Source: Phaeosaccion multiseriatum
Lineage: Eukaryota; Protista; Ochrophyta, other classes
Assembly: GCA_965112735.1 (NCBI GenBank)
Contig: OZ218957.1
Coordinates: forward strand, 2,170,001-2,234,000
Direction: 5' to 3'
DNA length: 64,000 nucleotides
A program made the position numbers and the translations under genes. The notes under the pieces are model-generated. The model was not told the origin of the DNA. It ran no database searches and was given only the letters and a program-made list of their open reading frames with translations. Shown in pieces: positions 47,310 to 57,387 of the stretch; the first letter of the stretch is position 1; every line of letters begins with the position of its first letter.

Positions 47310-47635
47310 GTCTTCCTGTGGTGGAGTGGGTGCTGCCACATCCCAAGGTCAGAGCTCGGATGGAGGCGGCAGGGGAAAACAGCACGTGGAGGGGCGGGCC
47401 TAGATGGGAGGCCGAAGCAGGCAATCTGGAAGTGCTGCAGTTGTTGCACGCAAACGCACGGGAGCTGTGCAGGTGGGATGAAGGTGTGTGCAGCTCCGCA
47501 GTTCGTAGCGCCAAGAGCCTCTCTGACCTCTTCCCTCCCTCCCTTCCTTGAAATATGCGCTTGTTGATGACTGGGATATAAAGCCGCCTTTGAGAAGATG
47601 AAGCAGTGGGTGCACGCAAATGGACACCCTCCTAC
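47310..47635 (+). pseudogene. Decayed ankyrin-repeat fragment (GxLEVLQWLxANGCPWD type)
   Basis: AGNLEVLQLLHANARELCRWDEGVCSSA, plus LPVVEWV and KMKQWVHANGHP in a broken frame with stops. Confidence 0.5.
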
Positions 47636-48495
47636 TGTCAGGACTGACGGCGCCTAGTTAGAAAATAGCTCGATGAGCGCCTTGCCCCGCACGACCGCCG
47701 GCACGGGCCTTACTACAAGAATATACTTCCCTCCATTCAATGCCTCAAAAGTGCTCTTTCTCTAGTCCTCCTCCGTGAGCTGTACTGCTCGATATCTTCG
47801 TCCTCGCATGGCCTTTGCACCGCTGTAGCTCGACTCGGATTCCCTTCTCCATAGCCTCCTTCCCGACTCCCCACCACCTACACCCCGCTCTACACAATCA
47901 ACGAAGCCCCAAAGCGCATTCTACCCACCATACCCCGAAAGCCTAACCCACTCGTGTGCGTGCTGCTGCTGCTGCTGCTGCCTGTGTGCCTCCCCAGTGG
48001 CGGGACTCTCCAGCCGCCCATCGCCCACCCCGCCCTCTGTGGATTGCCACCTAACTCTGACCCCTTACCTTCCCTTTCCCTTGTGTGCGGCCTCGCTCGT
48101 GTGCCCGCCAGCCCCGTAGTCTCCAATTCCTTCCCCAGCCAGCACACCCACTCCCTGACTCATGACTCCCCCCCCCCCTTCCTCTCCCCCACTACACCCT
48201 GCCCTCACCCCTCCTCCCCGCACTCCTTGCCCACTGGCGAGCGGCGGTGTGCACAGTTGCAGGCGTGATGCCACATCCACTGCCATCCGCGCTGCTGGGC
48301 TGCATGAGAGATCTTCAGACTGGGCAAAACAATCACCATGGAGCTCTTCGGCCCGGCGCTGTGCAATTCCGTTCCAATCAATCCTTCCCCTTCTCCTCCT
48401 CTTCCCCCCCCCCCTCCCCTCCTCCTCCTCCTCCTCCTTCTCTCCGTGCTTCAGTGGGGCTTGATTTGGGGCCCCCATCAAGTACAAACTCAAAT

Positions 48496-51400
48496 TCAAC
48501 TCTCAACAATGGCCCTTGCAATCTCGATCCAGCCGCTAGAGCAGTACGACACTCTGCGAGAGACCTTATCCGAGCAGCGCAACAGCTCCGCCTGATGGCA
48601 GCAAAAGGCCCCCGAGAAGAATATCAGAGGAGAGTCAAAGCAAGGGGACAGCAGAAAGAAAGAAATGGGGGGCGGGGAGGAGAGATTCAGTCAATGCGTG
48701 GTGGCACTATGATACGGCAGCAGAAACACTGTCAAGAAAGGCGCTTCCCTCGAACAAGAGGAGAGCCTTCGAGTGAAGTGTATTCCCTCCTCCTCCTTCC
48801 TCTTAGGTCCATCCCGTCCCTCCCGTCCTGGCATGCCGTCACTCTTCGAATACCCTCCTCCCTCTTTTCTCCTCTCCTCTCCGCTCTGCTCTGCTCTGCT
48901 CTGCTCTGCTCTCTCTTACATCAGTCGGAGTGTACCCATGGGTCGTCTTCGCCGTCCCTTGTCCAGTGGTCAAAGGAGTCACAGCGATGAACTTCAGTCT
49001 GCGACTGCGGCTGTGACCACCACCACCACTTGCACTCGCACCTCCTCCCCCCGCTGCCCCGCTCCTCGCGTCGATGAAGGACATCCATGCGGGCTGCTGG
49101 AAGGAGAAGGCCTCCAGCTCCAGATGCACCAGGTTGGGCAGGCCGTGCCCCATCTCCACAAGGACCTTGTCCCAATCGGCCTTGAGCTTCTCGTACACAG
49201 CCGCTCCGGGGGCCGACCCGCGGAGTCTGAGCATGCGCAGAGTGAGGGACAAGCCCGAGGTGAGCGTCTGCAGGCCCACCGGGGAAATACCCACCACGGT
49301 TAGCTTCTCGCTCTCGCTGCGGGTGCGGAAGGAGGTGTAGGCGAAATTCAGCGCCTGCAGCTTGGGGAGGGCAGTCACGCACTTGTGCAACTCGAGATCG
49401 GCGCTGTCGCCCCAAGTGTGCAGGCTGGTGCTGAGTCCCTTAAGTCCCGGGAACTGGCTGCCCAGCTCGCTCCAGTCCGTGGCGTGCGTCATGCCCTTCG
49501 CCCTCGTTTTGTCGAGGAAGTCCAGGGCGGGGGCGGCGGAGTGAAGGCTCTTGAAGTTGCCCACTTTCATGCCCCCCCCGAGGGTGATGGCGGAGATCTT
49601 CCTCCACGGGTTGGAGCGAGGGATGCGCTCCAGCACGTATAGCAGCATACTCCACTTCATCCTGCGGGGACACTGGGAGGAGGAGGAGGAGGAAGGAGAG
49701 GGACAGAGAGAGGCGGAGGCAGAGGAGGAGGAGGAGGAGGAGGAGGAGGAGGAGGAGGAGGAGGAGGAGGAGGAGGAGGAGGAGGAGGAGGAGGAGGAGG
49801 AGGAGGAGGAGGAGGAGGAGGAAGGAGAGGGAGAGAGAGGCGGAGGCGGAGGAGAAGAAGAAGGAGGAAGAGGAGCATGCAAAGTAAAATTAGACGTGCA
49901 GCACGAGCGGTGGTAATAGTAGCGGCGGCAGCAGCAGTCACAGTCGGGAGGGGCACAGCGATTCATTGCTGCCAAGAGAGAGGTGCTCCCCCACTCCTTC
50001 ACTGAGAGGAAGGCGGTGCCGAGACCACAGTGTGTGCTCGTGCGCCTTGCCATCCACTGCCATCGATCGGCCTTTCCGCACGTACCACCAAGTGCTGCCA
50101 GGGAGGGAGCTGCGAGGTCGTCCTCCACCACCCCTTGCTAACGGAGCTCGTCCTGGAGGGGGAGAGGCAGGTGAGGCAGGAGGACCGAACCGGCCGTAGG
50201 GGAAGGAAGGAGCAAGGAAGGAAGAAGAAAGAAGGAAGGAAGGAAGGAAGGAAGGAAGGAAGGAAGGACGGAAGGAAGGGAGGACAGAAGGAACAAGGAA
50301 GAAAGGGAGGTAGGAAGGAAGGAAGGAAGGAAGGGAGGAATGAAGGAAAGAAGAAAGGAAGGAAGGGGGAAGGGAGGAAGGGAGGAAGGGAGGAAGGGAG
50401 GAAGCAAAGAAGGAAGGGAGGAAGAGAGTGAGAAGGGGGCGGAGGAAATGCACGCCCCTGTCACGGGAGAGGAAGGAAAACATACAAAGGCGGCTCCGCC
50501 AAAGGGCGGATGTATAGCTTGACAGGTAGCGAGTGAGATTGTTGATTGTTGACATGGCGAAAGTACGCATGGCGCAGCCATTTGTTGCTTGACTCAGGAG
50601 AGGACATCGTCGCTTACATGAGCGCCGTGTCCCTGTCCAGCATGCTGATGATCCTGCCGAAGACCTTTGCGCACGTGTGTGTGTGTATAGGTCGTTGCGT
50701 TCCGATGCAAGCAAGGAGAGAGAGAGGGAAGAGGGGGATAGGTAGTGAGGTCCTCTCCTCTCGATTCTCTTTCTATATATACATAGACTGCACGAGATGC
50801 CAGAGAGGCCCCGTCTTGTCCTTCCAAGTCGCTGCTTACCTCAGGCAAGATGGGCATTCCCATGATGAGCACTGGCGGCTGCTGCTCGGACCTCTCCTCC
50901 CTCTCCCGCGTTCGGCGATCGCACTCTCTCTCCCACACCTGCCAGAGAGTGATTGAAGGAGGAAGAGGGAACGAGAAGGCACGTCAAGATCTAAAAAAGG
51001 AGAGAACACTTTGTTCTCAGCGTTTTCCTTGAATGAATGGGGCAAGGCGGTCAGTGCTGTGTGGCCTTCCCTTAAGTGTACCTTGACTCCCTCCACCCCC
51101 GTCCTAGTTCAGTCCACAGCCTCTGAAAATAAAGGTAGAAGACAATGCTTACAGAGAGTACCATGGCCTCCTCCCCTCCCCCCTTTTCTCACCGTAGCCA
51201 GGCGAGACGTAGCCTTCTTGAGAGTGTCGAAGCTCTTGTCTGCCAGCATTGCCTTCGAAGGTAGCAGCATCCGCAGCGAATCCGCCGCCTCCGCCGTTTT
51301 CCCGCCCTGCAGAGCCTCCAAAAGAGCCACCACCAGCGGGCAGTTCCGACTCTGCTCGTCCAGTGTGGCCCCCGCCTCCTCACCGGGTATCACCTCCTCC

Positions 51401-51597
51401 TTCTCCAGCTCCTCCTGGTGCTTTGACGGCTGCTTCTTGGCCTTACTCTTGGGCCTCTTCCTGGGCCTGTGCCCCCCAAATAACACCATCCCCATTCCCA
51501 TGCTGAACCCTTCGTAGCCGTACACTCCGATTCCATCACTGTCGTAACCACCGCTGTCGTAACCAACGTCGTCGTAATCATCCTCACTGTAAAACAT
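48496..51597 (-). CDS. F-box/LRR-like protein, paralog 1 (6 exons)
   Basis: F-box-like PILPE|VFGRIISMLDRDTALM|TSSVSKGWWR; LRR-like PALDFLD, PGLKGLS, PKLQALNF, PNLVHLELE; last exon AELLRCS...IVES*. Confidence 0.78.
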
Positions 51598-52027
51598 CGT
51601 GATGTAATGTCGGGAAGCCCGCTCTCTGTTGCTCCCGGTTTCGCCTCCCCCTCTTTCTCCCTCCCCTCCTCCGCCCCCCTTCCCTCCCGGTTAAGGGAAA
51701 TAAGCAACCCTGTACCTCTCTTTCCCTTCCACTCCCCCTTTCCCTGCCTGTGCTGCAGCTGAACAACTAGCTGCTGGTTCCCCCCGATTTCGATTTCCTC
51801 TTCCGCTCGGTCTTTCCCTCCGTCTCTCTCTCCTGCCCTGCAGCGAACCAGCCGAAGCCTCCCGCCCTGTCTGTAGAGTGCAGGCAAGCAGAAGAGTGTG
51901 CTTTGCTTCTTGAGTTCGTCGTTGTGGAAGGGAAAGAGAAAAGGACATGTTGTGGTGATACGAGCCAGTTGTGCCTCAGCGCCGAGGAGGCGGGCCGAGG
52001 CAGGGCGGGGCGCAGTGGGATAAGACT

Positions 52028-54455
52028 ATGGATGAGTTTTCCGCCCCTCCCGCCCCGTCTGATCCTGAGGAAGAGAAGGGTGGCGCCACGAAGCGGGTGA
52101 GAAGGAGCGGGAAGGCCAAGAAGATTTTGGTTGAAGCGGGGGGGGGAGATTCGGGGGAAGAGTATGTGGCGTGGAGCGACGAGGCGGGGGAGGAGGACGA
52201 CGACGAGGAGGAGGAGTGGGGAGTGAAGAAGGCGAAGGGGGGGAAGGGAAAGGGAAAAGCCGGCAAAGCTGCCAAAGCTTCGTCCGCATTGACCAAGGGG
52301 AAGGGAAAGGCAAAAGCGAAGGGAAAGGCAATAGCGAGGGCAAAAGCGAAGGGAATAGGAAAGGCGAAGGCGGGGAAAGGAGGAAGTGTAGGCCATGAGT
52401 ATCTAGATGAGGAGAGCAAGAACACCCCCTTCGTCAAGGCGCTTCTCGCGGCTCTGCAAGAGGGGGATACGGGCCTCGTGAGCGCGGCCCTGCGGAAGCT
52501 GCTCCCGGCCAAGGCTTTGGTGAACGCCACCGACTTCGCCACTTTGAGGAGGGCCACGACAAGGCTTCACACGGTGAGATTGTCACGTATGGAGCTCTCT
52601 TTTCGATTTTTAGTTATTTTGTTTTACTACCTTCTCCCCTTTCTCTTCAAGCATCTCAATCGCTCTTGGGACCAAGCCTTCACCAGCAGGCAGCGCAATG
52701 GACTGTTGCGTCTGCCTCTTTTCTCACACCCTCACTCTCACCCGTCACCATCCGGTGTATTGCGTCTGCGTTCTCGAAGGTGTGGCAAAGGGAGTGCAAG
52801 GAGACGGCCAAAGAGACGGTGGAGAGCTCGGAGAAGGAGCTCCCCGTGTGGATCATGAACACGGCCATCATGCCGGAGGTGAGCAGAGGCACAAGGGAGG
52901 GACGCCGAGGACTGTGGGTTGATGGACAAGGGACGAGGGGGCTGCCTCTGCGACTCTGCCAAAGCACTGTGCGTGCTCTCTCTCGCCTTGCTACTCACTC
53001 ACGAGGTCCATCGCTCACCCCCCCACCTCCCTCCTTCCCCTGACGTGCTGACGCTCACCTTCCTTCCTTCCTTCCTTCCTTCCTTCCTTCCTTCCTTTCT
53101 TCCTTTCTTCCTTTCTCTGGACTTTCTGATTGCGCTCGCCTCTCCTTCCTCTACCGTACTGATTGCTCAGACCTTCGCCAACATCATGTCGCACCTCGGC
53201 CGCCGCGATGCCGTCAGGTGAGTGCTCTTGTTATGTCTTGGCGACGGCGCTGCCCTTGGAGGAGGAGTGTGTGCGGACGAAGAGGAAATCATATTGTCTG
53301 GAGTTGGGATGCACTCCGCTGATTGCCCCTCCCCTCCCCGCCTCCTCTCTCTCTCTCTCTCCATCTCCTCCTCTCTCTCTTCCTCCCTTTTGCTGCCCTC
53401 CCCTCCTCCTCTCCTCCGACCCCCATCACAGATCCTCTGCGACGAGCCAGGGGTGGTGGAGGACCAGCTCCCTCCTGCCGCAATGGCAAACCTTCCGCGC
53501 CTCCTCTAGCATGAAGTGGAGCGTCATGCTAAAGACCCTTGCCGTGGTGCGGCAGGCCAACCCCTGGAGGAAGTTCACTTCTCTCACCGTGGGGCATGCT
53601 ATGAAGGTCGGCAGTCTCAAGAGCCTCGCCAAGGCGGCACCGGACTTGGAATACCTTGACCTCTCCAGCCACAAGGGCTTCAGCTACCGCACCAACTACA
53701 CTGAGGTGGCCGCAAGCCTGCCCTCCCTCAAGGGGCTCAGCACGCACCTGCGCACCTTCGACGGAAGCAGCGCCGATTGGGATATCACTTGCCTTACACG
53801 TGCACTGCCCAAGCTTCAGGCCCTCCGCTACGTCTTCCACAGATTCAATGATGGGGGTGGCATGGGCAGGCTGGGCCTCACTCCAGCCTGCCTTGGTACG
53901 ATCTCTCGCAACCTCGGCACCACATTATGCATGCTTGTCCTCGCCGGGGCGGTGACGGGAGAGACGTCCTACGAGAGGTACAAGGATGGCTGGGACAAGG
54001 CCTTACTGGAAAACTTGGGCCCCAGCGGTATGCCCAAGCTCCGCCACCTCGAGCTCTACAGTTTCAGCTTCAGCGAGGAGGCGTGGATGAGCTTCATCGC
54101 ATCCAGAGAGGGTGGTGGCAGCGGTGCCAATGGGGGAGGCAGCAGTCGCAGCGCGGGGGGAGGGGCCAGCAGCAGCAGCAGCAGCGGCGGCGGCGGCGGC
54201 AACGGAAGCAGAAGCAAACTCCTGTTCATCAAAGTCGTTCCAGACAGGACGATCACGCCTGGGGCTGGCGGGGCTGGGGTGGCGGCTCCCGTGCCCCGTG
54301 GGTTTGTGCCGACGGAGGAGGATCTCAAGCGGTGCGCTGTCAAGGCGGTGCTCAGTAATTCCGTGCCATACAGCTCCTGGACGGGATGGTCCGACGAGAG
54401 GACTGAGGCGTGGGTCGGTGAGGCCAGGAGGGCTGCCGGGGAAGTCGACCTGTGA
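52028..54455 (+). CDS. F-box/LRR-like protein, paralog 2 (4 exons)
   Basis: AIMPE|TFANIMSHLGRRDAVR|SSATSQGWWR; PDLEYLDLS, PSLKGLS, PKLQALRY, PKLRHLELY; clearly alignable to paralog 1. Confidence 0.8.
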
Positions 54456-55366
54456 GGGAGGGGTGGGGAGGGGAGGGAAGTGTCCCTGGAGGCTGGAGAA
54501 CGGGAGAAACGAGGGGGGGGTGGTGAGAGGGAGAGAGGACCAGCGGCAAAGGAGGCGAGGAGAGGAGGTGTGCCGTTGCGGGGCGAGGATGCCCTGGGCT
54601 GCTGCCTGGAAAGTCCAGGACATCGTGCGCAAGTGTCCGGGAGGGGACAGATGGGCGGAGGGGCGGAAGGAGAGCCGTGCGGCCGCACCATCGCGGAGGG
54701 TGTAGGGCAGAGGAGCTCCCCTGGGGGGGGGGTCTGTTTCATATCCTCCCCCGCCATGTGCTTGGCCCTGCTTGCGCGATGGATCGGAAAGGGTGGTGGC
54801 TTGGCGGCAAACTAGGTGCAGTGAAGGAAGGAAGGAAGGAAGCAAGCAAGGAAGCAAGCAAGCAAGGCAGGAGGGTGAGGCGTCATGAATGACACACCAC
54901 TTTGCGTTTTGAGAGGCAAACTCCGATTAGCACTGAGTATCGCTGCAGGGAGTCATGGATGGGTGTGTAGAAATTATGTAGAATAAGCAAAATGTGTAGA
55001 ACAGCTTGGGGGGTTTGGGGTAGACATTATGTAGGGAGTGGGGTGTATATGTGGATATATGAGAGGGAGGGAGGGAGGGAGGGAGGGAGGGAGGGGGTCG
55101 CACGTCAAAGCAGCTCGACGAGTCCGGAGGAAGTTGCGACTAACGGGACTCAAGGCGCCAATGTGGAGGAGCTGTGCAGCCGTTAGTGATACAGCAGCAG
55201 CAGCAGAGAAGCAGCAGCAGTTCGTGGTACAGCGGCAGCACCGGCAGCAGCAGCAGCAGAAAAGCAGCAGCCACGCAAGGAGGCAGCCAAGGAGGAAGTC
55301 AATGAAGGGGGCCTCCCCGAGCCGCTAAGCGTGGAATCTTGCGATTGAAAGAGAAAGTACTCACGT

Positions 55367-55447
55367 CCTTTCATCTTTTGGCTCTGCGTCATTTTGGCAC
55401 CTTCGACCTTTCATCTTTTGGCTCTGCGTCATTTTGGCACCTTCGAC
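55367..55447. repeat. Perfect 40-bp tandem duplication
   Basis: CCTTTCATCTTTTGGCTCTGCGTCATTTTGGCACCTTCGA twice. Confidence 0.95.
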
Positions 55448-56007
55448 TCGACAAATAAAATGTGTACAAAAGACAAGAGCACATTCATGGGAGAGCTGGT
55501 GAGGTGAAGAAGACTCTCGGGTGGTCGGGTGGATGGGTGGGTGGTCTATGCTTTTAATCACCTTTTCGTGCTTGGTGCTTATGGCAGTCTACTGCTGGGG
55601 GACAGTGGCGGCTGCCCTGTCTTGCCAGTCATGGGTGAGAAGATCAAAGGAGAGCGACACCCCGCCGCACCTGTTTGAGTAACAGACTCCTCGTCACACT
55701 GAAGCCGGCGGGGCAAGTCCCCACTAAACCCTCACCAAAGGGGAGTTCGTAACTATAAGGCAGTCCAGATGGAGCAGAGGGTGCATCAAATACTCAAATA
55801 CAAGACACCACGGAACCACGCGATGAATCAAGAAACACATCGCCCAAGTGCACTCACAGCACGGGCGTTTTCGGGACCCACAGCAATAGTGTAAGAACCA
55901 AGAACTTCATGTTATTCGCTTCTCCCTACGATTCGCTAATCCATTGCAAGAGCCAAGCTTCACCGCGGCGAAGATTGGCAGGAGATGAGCTGGACGGCTT
56001 CGCGTCA

Positions 56008-57030
56008 CTACATCACCAGTCCCGAGGTATCAGCACCAGCACAAGCCCCTGCCACGCCCCCCACACGCACGCACGCTCGCAGCGCCTTTCGTCCCCGCCT
56101 CCTCTTCTCACTCGCCGCCACCATACCCTCCTCCAGCATCGCCCACTCATGCTGCTGCGTATCGTCATCCTCATCACCCCCTCCTCCTCCTGAGCGATAG
56201 CGCTGGTAGGCAGACACAAAGCCTCGAATCGTGCTCTCCAGGCTCGCCCCCTTCCTCTTGGTGCGCACAGCGTAGTGGGGCAGCAGCAACACCTTACTCT
56301 GCCCCACAGACACCACCACGCCATTCGATAGCTCCCTGTCCCGGTGGCCCCAGCAGGCTATGGCAGCGTCGGCAGCAGCATCTTCCAGCTCTCTCCACAG
56401 ACTATTGGGAAGCTGAATCTCATCCCCGACATGAAGCCCCAGCCTAGTAAGCAAGCCTCCTCCATCCCCATCCTCCTCCGCTGCTTCCTTCTCTTCCTGC
56501 TGCCTCTCCCCTCCCTCAACTGAAGGGGGGAACTTCGCCCTCTTCCTTCCTCTCCCATCGATGTCGGTGGCAGCTCCTCGCTTGGGTTTAGGCGTGCCCT
56601 GCGTTATCTTCCCCGTCTGCTCCGCTCCCTCCCTCTTCATTCGAGCATGGCGTGTACACATCCCACCACAGCCACCTTTTGATTGCTTCTCACACCCCTC
56701 CACAGTACACCTCTTGACCACAGCTCCATGCCTAGTGCACAATCCTCCTTGGACCCGCTTGTTCTCGCACCCCTCCACAGTACACCTCTTGACCACAGCT
56801 CCGTGGCTACTGCATAATCCTCCCTGCTGCGACTGCTTCTCGCACCCCTCCACAGTACACCTCTTGACTACAGCGCCATGCCTAATGCACAATCCTCCCT
56901 GCCTTGACTGCTTCTCACACCCCTCCACAGTACACGTCTTATGTTTGTTCACAGCTCCGTGCCTTATGCACAATCCTCCCTGCCTTGACCGCATCTCACA
57001 CCCCTCCACAGTACAGGTCTTTCTACCCAT
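56008..57030 (-). CDS. Zinc-finger-like repeat protein, copy 3 (intact, five repeats)
   Basis: MGRKTCTVEGCEMRSRQGGLCIRHG... five repeats; C-terminal half closely matches copies 1 and 2. Confidence 0.88.
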   Translation of the reverse strand: MGRKTCTVEGCEMRSRQGGLCIRHGAVNKHKTCTVEGCEKQSRQGGLCIRHGAVVKRCTVEGCEKQSQQGGLCSSHGAVVKRCTVEGCENKRVQGGLCTRHGAVVKRCTVEGCEKQSKGGCGGMCTRHARMKREGAEQTGKITQGTPKPKRGAATDIDGRGRKRAKFPPSVEGGERQQEEKEAAEEDGDGGGLLTRLGLHVGDEIQLPNSLWRELEDAAADAAIACWGHRDRELSNGVVVSVGQSKVLLLPHYAVRTKRKGASLESTIRGFVSAYQRYRSGGGGGDEDDDTQQHEWAMLEEGMVAASEKRRRGRKALRACVRVGGVAGACAGADTSGLVM

Positions 57031-57198
57031 TTTCTCAAAAGGTCCTCCTTCCTCTGCCACCGCCCCTCTTTTTCTTGGCAAACCTTTGTATGTCTCACAT
57101 ATACTGAGACAGGGCTTTTCCTCAGAGGTCTCGTAAAGTTCTTTCTTCTTCTTTATTATTAAAGATAGTCCCGTCCTGGGGGGGGGGGGGGAATGCTG

Positions 57199-57250
57199 TC
57201 GGGTGCCATCTGAACACGCTCGACTCGGGTGCCATCTGAACACGCTCGAC
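57199..57250. repeat. Perfect 26-bp tandem duplication
   Basis: TCGGGTGCCATCTGAACACGCTCGAC twice. Confidence 0.95.
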
Positions 57251-57268
57251 TTCACGCCTCTCTCTCTC

Positions 57269-57317
<49 letters not shown>

Positions 57318-57387
57318 AACCCTGCGCCAGTGTGCTTTACAACGTAGGGCGGGCTGAGTCTTGAAGGCGACGGGGTCAGAATGAACG

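Noticed and set aside
55367-55447. Dinoflagellate spliced-leader-like CATTTTGGC / TTTTGGCTC
   Set aside because: Only about 9-nt matches, with no full 22-nt leader or following donor site.
55745-55765. GTAACTATAA resembling the LSU rRNA homing-endonuclease site
   Set aside because: 10-nt match only, with no rRNA context.
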